From NCBI GenBank assembly GCA_038087875.1, contig CM075994.1, positions 10,480,001 through 10,544,000 of the forward strand: a DNA stretch of 64,000 bases, given 5' to 3'. This document shows, piece by piece, positions 24,574 to 39,300 of the stretch. The notes beneath the pieces are model-generated. The model saw only the letters and a program-made list of their open reading frames with translations, did no database searches and was not told the DNA's origin. Within the stretch, counting starts at the first letter, position 1, and each line of letters starts with the position of its first letter. Source of the DNA: Malacoraja senta (Eukaryota). Position numbers and translations under genes: made by a program.

Positions 24574-25651
24574 ATCCTTGGATTTATTGATCATTGTCTA
24601 ATCTAATGTCCCCGAGTTATCAAGTAAAAGGGAGTTCATTGTCTTTTGTACAAGAACGATGAGGCACAGGAATAATGAAAATCTTCTCTTCCCGTCAGAA
24701 ATGTTCCATTTATCCTACAAACCTGCACAACCAGGAGCATGGAAGGAAACTGGAGTACCCGGAAAAAGTCCACGAGGTCACGGGGAGAACGTACTAACTC
24801 TATACAGACAACACCCATAGTCAGGATCAAATCTGGTTCTCTGGCGCTGTGAGGCAGCAACTCCTACCCGCTGCACCACCGTGCTGCTAATCTTATTGAA
24901 TCCAAAATCAATAAAAAATCAACTGTTAACTCCTTTTAACGCCATTTCGAACAAAGACAAGGAAACACTTTTTCACACAGAGAGTTGTGAGTCTGTGGAA
25001 TTCTCTGCCTCAGAGGGCGGTGGACGCCGGTTCTCTGGATACTTTCAAGAGAGAGCTAGATAGGGCTCTTAAAGATAGCGGAGTCAGGGGATATGGGGAG
25101 AAGGCAGGAACGGGGTACTGATTGTGGATGATCACCCATGATCACAGTGAAGGGCCGAATGGCCTTCTCATGCACCTATTGTCTATTGTCTATTATCTCT
25201 TTCATCAAAACACCTCTATGGACCTCTGTTAGAGCAAAAGAAACCCAATCTTTTATTTTCCCCCAAAATTTACTTAATTCATGATATTCAGTGGTGCAGC
25301 TGGTTGAGTTGCTGCCTTACAGCACCAGAGGTTCGGGTTCGATCCTGACTACGGGTGCCGTGTGTGCAGAGTTTGTACGTTCTCCCCGTGACCGTTGGAG
25401 TTGTCTCCAGGTTCTCCGGTTTCCTCCCGCACTCCAAGAGACGTACGGGTTTGCAGGTAAATTGATCTTCGTTAAGATGATTGTTAAGATTATCCCTACT
25501 GTACGGGGGGAGTGTCAATGTGCGGGGATCGCTGGTCAGCACGGACTCGGTGGGCCGAAGGGCCAGTTTCCACGCTGTATCTCTAAACTTAAACTACACT
25601 TAATAACAACGAGAGAGGAAGATTGCAGGAAGATCCGGAATGGATGGTCTG

Positions 25652-26356
25652 ACAATAGACAATAGAGAATAGGAGCAGGAGTAGGCCATTCGGCTCTTTG
25701 AGCCAGCACCACCATTTAATGTGATCATGGCTGATCATCCACAATCAGTACCCCGTTCCTGCCTTCTCCCCATAACCCCTGACTCCGCTATCTTTAAGAG
25801 CCCTATCTAGCTTTCTCATGAAAGTAGCCAGAGAACTGGCCTCCACCACCCTCTGAGGCAGAGAATTCCACAGACTCACCACTCTCTGTGAGAAAAAGTG
25901 TTTCCTCGTCTCCGTTCTAAACGCCTTACCCCTTATTCTTCAACTGTGGCCCCTGGTTCTGGACTCCCCCAACATCGGGAACATGTTTCATGCCTCTAGC
26001 GTGTCCAAACCCTTAATAATCTTATATGTTTCAATGATGCCCTCTCATCCTTCTAAATTCCAGAGTGTACAAGCCCAGACGCTCCATTCTCTCAGCATAT
26101 AACAGTCCCGCCATCGCGGGAATTAACCTTGTAAACCTACGCTGTACTCCCTCAATAGCAAGAATGTCCTTCCTCAAAGTAGGGGACCAAAACTGCACAC
26201 AATACCAGGTGTGGTCTCACTAGGGCCCTATACAACTGCAGAAGGACGTCTTTGTTCCTATACTCAAATCCTCTTGTTATAAAGGCCAACATGCCATTCG
26301 CTTTCTTCACTGCCTGCTGTACCTGCATGCTTACTTTCATTGACTGATGAACAAGG
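25652..26356 (-). mobile_element. CR1 LINE 3' fragment
   Basis: KVSMQVQQAVKKANGMLAFI...[10 protein letters not shown]. Confidence 0.9.
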
Positions 26357-26420
26357 AACTGCTTGAAGCCTCGATCCTACACACCTGCTGACTAAGACTG
26401 TTGTCTTTTCTTCATCCCAG

Positions 26421-26520
26421 GAGCAAATCCAAGATGAATGCTGGGCAGATATCGTCGGAATCTGAGCCGGATAATGAAAACGGGGAATATACGGTCTACG
26501 AGTGTCCAGGTTTGGCCACG
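26421..26520 (+). CDS. NPDC1: NPDC1-family exon
   Basis: cccag|G...ACG|gtaagc. Encodes SKSKMNAGQISSESEPDNENGEYTVYECPGLAT, which includes the TVYECPGLA signature. Confidence 0.93.
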
Positions 26521-26881
26521 GTAAGCATTTCCATCACGCGCCCATTTACTTCCCCTTATACCTTTCCCAAGAAAGTGCAGGTCCACCGCCGGTTTTCCAG
26601 CATCCTTGGTTCCGGAGCCTTACCGGATTATCCGTTTTGCCAGACCCAACGGAGGTCACGGCCCCATGAGGAGTCCAACGGTATCGGAACGCTCCACCTA
26701 GGCCACCCAGGGGCCGAGATATCAACGTGCGAAGTCGGCACTGGGACACAAAGACATGCGGGGTTGTAGGCTAATTGGCCTCTGCAAATTGCCCCTAGTG
26801 TGCAGGGGACATGTGTAGGAACGCAACTGCAGATGCTGGTTTACGATACAATACGATACGATAGAAATTTATTGGAATTTA

Positions 26882-27563
26882 AATGAAAGTAACCGCGCAG
26901 GTACAGCAGACAGTGAAGAAAGCGAATGGCATGCTGCCCTTCATATCAAGAGGAGTTGAGTATAGGAGCAAAGAGGTCCTTCTGCAGCTGTACAGGGCCC
27001 CAGTGAGACCACACCTGGAGTATTGTGTGCAGTTTTGGCCCCCTAATTTGAGGAAGGACATTCTTGCTATTGAGGGAGTGCAGCGTAGATTCACCAGGTT
27101 AATTCCCGGGATGGCTGGACTGTCATATGCTGAGAGAATGGAGCAGCTGGGCTTGTATACTCTGGAATTTAGAAGGATGAGAGGGGATCTTATTGAAACA
27201 TATAAGATTATTAAGGGTTTGGACACGCTAGAGGCAGGAAACATGTTCCCGATGTTGGGGGAGTCAAGAACCAGGGGGCCACAGTTTAAGAATATGGGTT
27301 AAGGCATTTAGAACGGAGATGAGGAAACACTTTTTCTCACAGAGAGTTGTGAGTCTGTGGCATTCTCTGCCTCAAAGGCCGGTTCTCTGGATACTTTCAA
27401 GAGAGAGCTAGATAGGTCTCTTAAAGATAGTGGAGTCAGGCGATATGGGGAGAAGGCAGGAACGGGGTACTGATTGTGGATGATCAGCCATGATCACATT
27501 GAATGGCGGTTCTGGCTCGAAGGGCCAAATGGCCTACTCCTGCACCTATTGTCTATTGTCTAT
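26882..27563 (+). mobile_element. CR1 LINE 3' fragment
   Basis: ORF 26883-27302 plus tail. Confidence 0.9.
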
Positions 27564-28543
27564 TTATCCCAGGAGGGAAATTGAGTTGCCAACAGTCAAC
27601 AGTTTCTTCCCACTGAGGGTGAACACAAAATGCTGGTGTAACTCAGCGGGACAGGCAGCATCTCTGGAGAGAAGGAATGGGTGGCATTCTGGTTTGAGAC
27701 TGAAGAAGGGTCTCGGCCTGAAACGTCACCCATTCCTCTCCAGAGATGCTGCCTGTCCCGCTGAGTTACTCCAGCATTTTGTTCCCATCCTAATGTGGAT
27801 GAGAAAATGGGATAACATAGAACTAATGTATGAATGGACGATCGATGGTCGGCGTGGACTCGGTGGGCCAAAGGACAATAGACAATAGGTGCAGGAGTAG
27901 GCCATTTGGCCCTTCGAGCCAGCACCGCCATTCAATGTGATCATGGCTGATCATCCCCAATCAGTACCCCGTTCCTGCCTTCTCCCCATATCCCCTGACT
28001 CCGCTATCTTTAAGAGCCCTATCTAGCTCTCTCTTGAAAGTATCCAGAGAAGTAAGTAAGTAAGTAAGTAAGTACGTTTATTGGCCAAGTATTCACATAC
28101 AAGGAATTAGCCTTGGTGCTCCGCCCACAAGTAACAACATGACATACAGTGACAGTTACGAATGACTCAGAAAACATTGAACATTAATAATAATAAAAGA
28201 ACCGGCCTCCACCGCCCTCTGAGGCAGAGAATTCCACAGACTCACAAGTCTCTGTGTGAAAATGTTTTTCCTCGTTTCCGTTCTAAATGGCTTACCCCTT
28301 ATCCTTAAACTGTGTGGCACCTGGTTCTGGACTCCCCCAACATCGGGAACATGTTTCCTGCCTCTAGTGTGTCCAAACCCTTAATAATCTTCTATGTTTC
28401 AATAAGATACCCTCTCGTCCTTCTAAGTTCCCAGAGTATACAAGCCCAGCCGCTCCATTCTCTCAGCATTTCCTCGTTGCATTTTTCATTCTTTCTCTGG
28501 CTTTACGATCATTAAGTCTACTTTGTTGAATCTTCTGCTTCAG

Positions 28544-28621
28544 ACGGGAGAGATGGAGGTTCACAATCCTCTGTTCGACACCTCGATCCTCAAAGGCATC
28601 TCATCCATCGAGCAGCAGTAG
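28544..28621 (+). CDS. NPDC1: NPDC1-family terminal coding exon
   Basis: ttcag|ACG...TAG. Encodes TGEMEVHNPLFDTSILKGISSIEQQ*, which includes the GEMEV.NPLFD signature. All seven exons join in frame (698 nt + 1). Confidence 0.93.
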   Translation, partial: TGEMEVHNPLFDTSILKGISSIEQQ

Positions 28622-31600
28622 CCAACTGGACCCACGGAGATGGAGGATGACGGAACGCTCTCCCTGCTTCTCTCGAGGGTCGAAGTGGTGGTGTCGTCAG
28701 CCCTGGGGACGACAATGCAAAATTTGAACCCTTGTACCTGCTCCATCATTCAGTAAACTCTCGGACATTGACTGCACCAACTCCACATTGCTGCACGAGT
28801 CCCAGTTCCCTTGAAAATCGTGAGGTCCTAAATCCCGAAATTCTGTCCCCAGTCATGCAGTGGGAGAGCCTCTTCACTGGAAGGCAGTTCCCCACCACTC
28901 ACTAAAGGGAAAAAAAAATCCAGCCACTCGACACCATTAATCATGGCCAGAATGATACGGCACGGAAATAGGTCCTTTGGCATGCTTCCTTCCGCTGCTG
29001 GACATGGGGGGCAGGGTGTGGTGGAGACGCCCCTCAAAATAAGGGAAGGTATCCCACGCCAGTGGGCCACATGAGTGGCAACGGTGGGAGACAGATTCGT
29101 GAAATTTGACCAATGTATGTAGATTGTATTGAATTTTTGTATAGCCTCCGGAAATGTCAGATGCATTTATTGCACGGTTAGAGCCAGCACCGCCATTCAT
29201 TGTGATCATGGCTGATCATCCCCTATCAATAACCCGTGCCTGCCTTTTCCCCATATCCCTTGATTCCACTAGCCCCTAGAGCTCTATCTAACTCTCTCTA
29301 AAATCCATCCAGTGACTTGGCCTCCACTGCCCTCTGTGACAGGGAATTCCACAAATACACAACTCTCTGGGTGAAAAAGTTTTTTCTCACCTCAGTCTTA
29401 AATGGCCTCCCCTTTATTCTAAGACTGTGTGGCCCCTGGTTCTGGACTCGACCAACATTGGGAAAATATTTCCTGCATCTAGCTTGTCCAGTCCTTTAAT
29501 AATTTTATATGTCTCTATAAGATCCCCCCTCATCCTTCTGAACTCCAGTGAATACAAGCCAAGTCTTTTCAATCTTTCCTCATATGACAGTCCCGCCATC
29601 CCAGGATTCAATCTCGTGAACCTACGCTGCACTGCCTCAATCACAAGGATGTCCTTCCTCAAATTAGGAGACCAAAACTGAACGCAATACTCCAGATGTG
29701 GTCTCACCAGAGCCCTATACAACTGCAGAAGAAGTTGTATAGATGTTGTAAGCTTGCTACTCCACTGGAGAAACACACATACAATAGCCAGAGTTACAGG
29801 GCGGCCCAGTGGTGCAGATGGTAGAGCTGCTGCCTCACAGCGCCAAGGTCACAGGTTCGATCCTGACCCCCCCCCCCCCCAACCAACTGCTGTTTGTCAG
29901 GACATCTCCACGTTCTCCCTGCAACCACGTGGTTTTCCTCCGGGCGCCCCGGTCTCCCACAACACACAAAGTCGTGCATTTGGGTTGTAAAAACCAAGAA
30001 ACAGCAGAATGCTGGCTTACAATAGGGAGGTCACGGTGGCGCAGGGATGGAGTTGCAGCCTTACAGGCCCTTTCGGCCCACCGGGTCTGCGCCGACCAGC
30101 GATCCACGCACATTAACACTATCCTATGACCACTAGGTGGTGATTTTTACATTTACCAAGCCAATTAACCTACAAACCTGTACGTCTTTGTGGTGTGGGA
30201 GGAAACCAAAGATCTCAGAGAAAACTCCGTACAGACAGCACCCGTAGTCGGGATCGAACCCGGGTCTCCGGCGCTGCATTCGTGGTAAGGCAGCAGCTCT
30301 ACCGCTGCGCCACTGTGCCGCCCTTTTAGAATAATGCATGTGGCTGATGCAATTAAGATCAGTGATCGTTCCTCTTGCAACAGTGAAGTTTGAGGAGCAA
30401 TTGCCTGGAGACACAAGGAACTGAATGTTAGTTCAATTTAGCTTAGTTTCGCTTCGAGATACAATAGACACTAGACAATAGGTGCAGGAGTAGGCCATTC
30501 GGCCCTTCGAGCCAGCACCGCCAATCAATGTGATCATGGCTGATCATCCCCAATCAGTACCCCGTTCCTGCCTTCTCCCCATATCCCCTGACTCCGCCAT
30601 CTTTAAGAGCCCTATCTAGCTCTCTCTTGAAAGCATCCAGAGAACCGGCCTCCACCGCCCTCTGAGGCAGAGAATTCCACAGACTCACAACTCTCTGTGA
30701 GAAAAAGTGTTTCATCGTCTCCGGCTTACCCCTTATTCTTACACTGTGTGGCCCCAGGTTCTAGACTCCCCCAACATCGGGAACATGTTTCCTGCCTCTA
30801 GCGTGTCCAAACCCTTAACAATCTTATATGTTTCTAGGGCCCTGTACAACTGCAGAAGGACCTCTTTGCTCCCATACTTGACTCCTCTTGTTATAAAGGC
30901 CAACATGCCATTCACTTTCTTCACTGCCTGCTGTACCTGCATGCTTACTTTCATAGACTGATGAACAAGAATAGAATAGAATGCCTTTTATTGTCATTCA
31001 AACAGCTTGGTTTGAACGAAATTGCATTTTCTACAGTCTTACAATACAAAAAAAAACGACCCACACTTAACACAGTTTATGCAAACATCCATCACAGTGA
31101 ATCTCCAACACCTCCTCACTGTGATGGAAGGCAAAAGTCGTATCTCTTCCCTTTGACCAAGGACCCCCAGATCCCGTTGTACTTCCCCTTTTCCCAACTT
31201 GACGCCATTTACATAGTAATCTGCCTTCCTGTTTTTGCTACCAAAGTGAATACAGCGCGGAAACAGGCCCTTCGGCCCACCGAGTCCACGCTGACCAGCG
31301 ATCCTCGTACACTAACAGAATCAAAGGCTTGTCCCACCGTGGTCATTCCTTCTTCTCCCCGCTCCCATCTGACACAAGGTACAGAAGCTTGAAAGCGCAC
31401 ACCACTAGTCTCGTAAACAGCTTCTTCCCCTCTCTTATCAACCTTCTGAACGGTCCTTCCATAAGCTAGGGGACTGTCCGATTCACATCTACCACATTGC
31501 GGACATTGTGTTTCTCTATGGAACTGGTGCATTACAATGCTGAGAATGATATTCTGTACTTTACCATATTGACTTTAACTTGATTGTATTTATATCCATC

Positions 31601-33734
31601 TTTGTTTATATCTCGCATTACCTGATCTGATTGAATAGAGCATGCAAAATAAAGCTTTTCACTGGAGCTCGGGACATTATCATCGATACTTTTTTGCATA
31701 TCTTTCATTCTTTTGTTCTATATCTCTCTACATAACTGTCTATATCTATCGTTTCCCTTTCCCCTGACTCTGGAGGCAGGAAACATGTCCCCGATGTTGG
31801 GGGAGACCAGAACCATGGGGCCACGGTTGAAGCCATTTAGAACAGAGACGAGGAAACATTTTTTCTCACAGAGAGTTGTGAGTCTGTGGAATTCCCTGCC
31901 TCAGTGGGCGGTGGAGGCCGGTTCTCTGGATACTTTCAAGAGAGAGCTAGATAGGCCTCTTGAAGCTAGCAGAGTCAGGGGATATGGGGAGAAGGCAGGA
32001 ACGGGATACTGATTGGGGATGATCAGCCATGATCACATTGAATGGCTCGAAGGGCCGAATGGCCTGCTCCTGCTTGCACCTAATGTCTATTGTCTTTTGT
32101 CTCGCAGTCTGAAGAAGGGTCTCGACCCGAACCGTCACCTATTCCTTTTCTGCAGATATGCTGCCTGACTCGCTGAGTTACTCCAGCCTTTTGTGTCTAT
32201 CTGCAATCTAAACATATCCCTCTATTCTCCCTCCTGTACTGGCTAAGTACAAATCAGGCAGTGATTGAGCAATAGACAAAAGACAATAGGTGCAGGAGTA
32301 GGCCATTCGGCCCTTCGAGCCAGCACCACCATTCACTGTGATCATGGTCAATCATCCACAATCAATACCCCGTTCCTGCCTTCTCCCATATCCATTGACT
32401 CCGCTATCTTTAGGAGCACTATCAATTCTCTCCTGATCGCATCCAGAGAACCGGCATCCACCGCCCTCTGAGGCAGAGAATTCCACAGATTCACAACCCT
32501 CTGTGTGAAAAAGTATTTCCTCATCTCTGTTCTAAATGCCTTACCCATTATTCTTAACTGTGGCCCCTGGTTCTGGACTCCCCCAACATCGGGAACATGT
32601 TTCCTGCCTCCAGCGTGTCCAATCTAATATGTTTCAATAAGATGCCCTCTCATCCTTCTAATTCCAGAGTATACTAGCCCAACTTATTGAAACAAATAAG
32701 TTTATTAAGGGTTTGGACACGCTAGAGGCAGAAACATGTTCCCAATGTTGGGGGAGTCCAGAACCAGGGGCCACACAGTTTAAGAATAAGGGGTAAGGCA
32801 TTTGAAACGGAGACGAGGAAACACTTTTTCACACAGAGAGTGGTGAGTCTGTGGAATTCTCTGCCTCAGAGGTCGGTGGAGGCCGGTTCTCTGGATACTT
32901 TCAAGAGAAAGCTCGATAGGGCTCTTAAAGATAGCGGAGTCAGGGGATATGGGGAGAAGGCAGAGACGGGGTACTGATTGGGGATGATCAGCCATGATCA
33001 CAGTGAATGGCGGTGCTGGCTCGAAGGGCTGAAGGGCCGAATGGCCTACTCCTGCACCTATTGCCTATTGTCTATTGTCAGCCGCTCAATCTATCCACAT
33101 ATGACAGTCCTGCCATCCCGGGAATTAACCTCGTGAACCTACGCTGCATTCCCTCAATTGCAAGAATGTCCGGAGCCAATAAATCTGGATGCAAACAGAA
33201 AGGTTCTCTTGCAAAGACACAAAGTGCTGGAGTAATTCAGCACGTCAGGCAGCAACTCTGCAGAACATGAATAGATTAAGTTTCAGGTTGGGACCCTTCT
33301 TCGGCCTCATTGTGGTGGGTGTGGGTGGGGGGTGGGAGAAAGCTGGAAGAGAAGTTGGTGGGGCGTGGGACACAGCCTGGCAGGAGATAACTCAATACAG
33401 ATACGTGGAGAGAGACACAGCGTGCTGGAGTAACTTGTTTTTACATTTCAAATTACGAGTGTGAAAAATACACATCTTCTAGATGCGCTGGGACGCATCC
33501 TCAGTGATGTGATCTGGGGTCAGCGGGTGTTTCGAGTCTCACAACATCAGACACCCTCGCCCAGGCGACCCAGCCGGGGTTGGTCAGGCCCCGACTTGTG
33601 TCCCAGCAGCAACCGCCCACGGATCAGCCATCTTAATAACTACTCTTCATGGGGTTAGGAGACTCTAGTGCGTGGAGGGACTGGGCTCTGTGGGGTGAGT
33701 CCTGGCCGGGCTCCTCCTGCGTCTCACCAGGTTC

Positions 33735-35066
33735 ACCAAATCTGAGGAAAGACATTCTTGCCATAGAGGGAGTACAGAGAAGGTTCACCAGACTGATTCC
33801 TGGGATGGCAGGACTTTCATATGAAGAAAGACTGGATAGACTCGGCTTGTACTCGCTAGAATTTAGAAGATTGAGGGGGGATCTTATAGAAACTTACAAA
33901 ATTCTTAAGGTGTTGGACAGGCTAGATGCAGGAAGATTGTTCCCGATGTTGGGGAAGTCCAGGACAAGGTGTCACAGTTTAAGGATAAAGGGGAAATCCT
34001 TTAGGACCGAGATGAGAAAAAGATTTTTTACACAGAGAGTGGTGAATCTGTGGAATTCTCTGCCACAGAAGGTAGTTGAGGCCAGTTCATTGGCTATATT
34101 TAAGAGGGAGTTAGATATGGCCCTTGTGGCTAAAGGGATCAGGGGGTATGGAGAGAAGGCAGGTACAGGATACGGAGTTGGATGTTCAGCCATGATCATA
34201 TTGAATGGCGGTGCAGGCTTGAAGGGCCGAATGGCCTACTCCTGCACCTATTTTCTATGTTTCTATGTTTCAAGGCCTGTGCGCTGCACCTCTTTCTCCA
34301 TCTCCGAGCATTTCATTCTCACCTGATGGATTTTTAGGCCATGGTGGTTCATTAGGCCTTTCCGTAGCTTTGTTGGGTGACTTTCTGACTTTATTCAGGT
34401 AATAACTATATACAATTCATGAATACATGATCCTCTTCATAACAAGAGGATTTCAGTATAGGAGTAGAGAGGTTCTTCTGCAGTTGTATAGGGCTCTGGT
34501 GAGACCACATCTGGAGTATTGTGTACAGTTTTGGTCTCCTAATTTGAGGAAGGACATCCTTGTGATTGAGGCAGTGCAGCGTAGGTTCACGAGATTGATC
34601 CCTGGGATGGCGGGACTGTCATATGAGGAAAGATTGAAAAGACTAGGCTTGTATTCACTGGAGTTTAGAAGGATGAGGGGGTAATCTTATTGAAACATAT
34701 AAAATTATAAAAGGACTGGACAAGCTAGTTGCAGGAAAAATGTTCCCAATGTTGGGCGTCCAGAACCAGGGGCCACAGTCTTAGAATAAAGGGGAGGCCA
34801 TTTAAGACTGAGGTGAGAAAAAACGTTTTCACCCAGAGAGTTATGAATTTGTGGAATTCCCTGCCACAGAGGGCAGTGGAGGCCAAATCACTGGATGGAT
34901 TTAAGAGAGAGTTAGATGGAGCTCTAGGGGCTAGTGGTATCAAGGGATATGGGGAGAAGGCAGGCACGGGTTATTGATTGGGGACGATCAGCCATGATCA
35001 CAATGAATGGCGGTGCTGGCTCGAAGGGCCGAATGGCCTCCTCCTGCACCTATTTTCTATGTTTCT
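33735..35066 (+). mobile_element. Two consecutive CR1 3' fragments (33735-34270 and 34430-35066)
   Basis: ORFs 33649-34326, 34427-34684 and 34729-34977. Confidence 0.88.
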
Positions 35067-35067
35067 A

Positions 35068-35560
35068 ACCGTGCAATAAATGCATCCGACATTTTCGGAG
35101 GCTATGCAAACATACAATACAACCTACATACATTGGTCAAATTTCACGAATCTGTCTCCCACCCTTGCCACTCATGTGGCCCACTGGCGTGGGATACCTT
35201 CCCTTATTTTGAGGGGCATTTCCACCACACCCTGCCCCCCATGTCCAGCAGCGGAAGGACCCTAGACTGTGGTCTCCCTCACCGAGCCTTGGCGTTGGCT
35301 GCACTGAGCTTCAGTGCGTCCCTCAGCACGTACTCCTGCAGTCTGCAGCGGGCCAGTCGGCAACATTTCCCGATGGACATCTCGCTCTGCTGGGTGGTGA
35401 ACAACGCTCGGGCAGACCAAAGAGCGTCTTTCACCGAGTTGATGACCTTCCAGCAGCACTCCATGTCAGTCTCTGAATGTGTCCCTGGGAACAGTCAGTA
35501 AATCACAGAGTCCTCTGTGACGGAGCTGTTCGGAATAAACCGTGACAGGGACCCTTGCAT
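35068..35560 (-). mobile_element. Tx1/L1-clade LINE 3' fragment
   Basis: CCWKVINSVKDALWSAR...LQEYVLRD resembles Tx1 ORF2 C-termini. Confidence 0.65.
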
Positions 35561-36354
35561 ACTTCTCCAGACCCTTGGGTTGGGCAGCATCTCTGAGGAA
35601 TTCTGTGTCCATGTTTGGCTAAAACCAGCAACTGCAGTTCCTTCCTACGCGGAGGAGGGGAGGTTTCGATAGGGCAGATGGTTGGACAAAGACCAGAGAT
35701 GAGCAGACAAAGAGCGTGAGATAAGGATAGAAGAGGTGCGAATGGTGAAGGCAGGGAAAGAAATAGGTCGAAGGGGATGGGGATGGGGGGGGGGGGGGGG
35801 TGGGCGGGGGAGGGATAGGGGGAGTAATGATACAAATCCAGGTGGGACACAGGGAAGTTGGGAGGGCGGGGGGGTTGGGGAATGGGAGAGGAAGAGAAAG
35901 AGAGGGGTTGTTCATAGTAAAGATAGATGCAAAATGCTGGAGTAACTCAGCAGGTCAGGCAGCATCACTGGATAAAATGGGTAGGTGACATTTCAGGTCA
36001 ATAGACCATAGGTGCAGGAGTAGGCCATTCGGCCCTTTGAGCTAGCACCGCCATTCAATGTGATCATGGCTGATCATCCCCAATCAGTACCCCATTCCTG
36101 CCTTCTCCCCATATCCCCTGACTCCACTATCTTTTGAAAGTACCCAGAGAACCTGCCTCCACCGCCCACTGAGGCAGAGAATTCCAGTCTCACAACTCTC
36201 TGTGTGAAAAAGTGTTTCCTCAACTCCGTTCTAAATGGCTTACCCCTTATTCTTAAACTGTGTGTCTAGCGTGTCCAAACCCGTAATCAGACTGATTGTA
36301 GGGGGAAGGAACTGGAAGCAATTATAATAGGGGGGGGGGGTCTGTATGATAGTT

Positions 36355-36570
36355 ACCGAAAATTGGAGAATGCACTGCTCATACCATTGGGTTGTAAGCT
36401 CCCCAAGCGGAATATGAGGCGCTGTTCCTCCAGTTTGCGTGTTGCCTCACTTACGTGTTGCAACCGAAAATTGGAGAATGCACTGCTCATACCATTGGGT
36501 TGTAAGCTCCCCAAGCGGAATATGAGGCGCTGTTCCTCCAGTTTGCGTGTTGCCTCACTTACGTGTTGCA
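36355..36570. repeat. Perfect 108-bp tandem duplication within a Penelope fragment
   Basis: Repeated 36-aa unit in ORF 36353-36571. Confidence 0.9.
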
Positions 36571-38401
36571 AAGGAGGAGGCCCAGGAGAGAACGGTCAGT
36601 GTGGGAATGGGAAGGGGAGTTAAAATTATTAGCAGACGAAATGTGCAGGAAGGAACTGCAGATGCTGGTTTAAACCGAAGATAGACACAAAATGCTGGAG
36701 TAACTCAGCGCGACAGGCAGCATCTCTGGAGAGAAGGAATGGGTGACGTTTTGGGTCGAGACCCTTCTTCAATTATGGGGAGCGACAAATTGTGTGCGAG
36801 ATTCAAAGTGTGGGTGTTCGTAAGCATGTGTTTGAGATTGGTGTGTGTGTGTGTGGGAGTGAGACTATTTGTGTGCATGTGTGTGAGACCCAGATTGCTG
36901 CAGCAACTCTGTGGGTCAGGCAGTATCTCTGGGATTGGAGCAGCTGGGCTTCTACACTCTGGAGTTTGGAAGGACGAGAGGATATCTGATGGAAACATAT
37001 AAGATTATTAAGGATTTGGACACGCTAGAGGCAGAAAACATGTTCCCAATGTTGGGGGAGTCTAGAACCAGGGGCCACAGATTGAGAATAAGAGGTAAGC
37101 CATTTCAAAACAGAGATGAGGAAAAACTTTTTCACCCAGAGAGTTGTGAGTCTGTGGAATTCTCTGCCTCAGAAGGCAGTGGAGGCCGGTTCTCTGGATG
37201 CTTTCAAGAGAGAGTTAGATAGGGCTCTTAAAGATAGCGGTCAGGGGATATGGGGAGAAGGCAGGAACGGGGTACTGATTGGGGATGATCAGCTCAAAGG
37301 GCCGAATGGCATACTCCTGCACCTATTGTCTATTGCCTATTGTCTATTGTCAAATGTTAGCATCCAGGAGACCCCGTTGGCCTCGGCGGACTGAGTACAA
37401 GTGTTCAGCAAAACAGTCGCCAAGTCATGGTGTGATACAGTTTGGAAACAGGCCCTTCGGCCCAACTTGCCCACACCGGCCAACAGTGTCCCAGCAACAC
37501 TACTCCCACCCACCTGCGTTTGGTCCATATCCCTCCAAACCTGTCCTATCCATGTACCTGTCCAACTGTTTCTTAAACGATGGGATAGTCCCAGCCTCAA
37601 CTACCTCCTCTGGCAGCTTGTTCCATGCACCCACCACCCTTTTCAAGAGAGAGCTAGATAAGTGGTTTAAGAAGGAACTGCAGATGCTGGTAGACAAAGC
37701 TAGATAAGGCTCTTAAAGATAGCAGAGTCAGGGGATATGGGGAGAAGGCAGGAACGGGGTACTGATTGTGGATGATCAGCCATGATCACGTTGAATGGCG
37801 GTGCTGGCTCCAAGGGCCGAATGGCCTACTCCTGCACCTATTGTCTATTGTCTATTGTGTGAAAAAGTTACCCCTCAGATACCTATTAAATCTTTTCCCT
37901 TCACCTTGAACTTATGTCCTCTGGTCCTCGATTCCCCTACTCTGGGTAAGAGACTCTGTGCATCTACCCGATCTGTTCCTCTCATGAAAACGTCACGCTA
38001 TGCAAAGGTCTCGCTGGTTTTGTAGCCAGCAGCCTTGCAGCAATGAAACGTTTCAGAGCGTCAAGGTTGGAAAAGGAAGTAACATGATGACAAACTTGTT
38101 GCAAGGATGAGTTGAAGTGATGCCTTTTGTCTCTGGGCTTGTTAATCACTGTTCTCAGTGGGACTGGTGGAGAGGCTCACTGTTTAATCAGGAGCTCAGT
38201 GCCATTGTTTCTTTGAAGGTGTTCCTCAGCTTATCTGACCCCCAACATCAAGAGCTGCCAATCACCCTTCTTTCACTCATCTGCTGGCTTGAAACTTGCA
38301 TGACAATGGCAGATTTGGCCAAGGGCATTTTCAGATGATCTTTGAGAAAACCTGCAACCAGGGAGCTTCACATCTGACATTCCTTCACCACAAAGGAGGG
38401 C

Positions 38402-39300
<899 letters not shown>

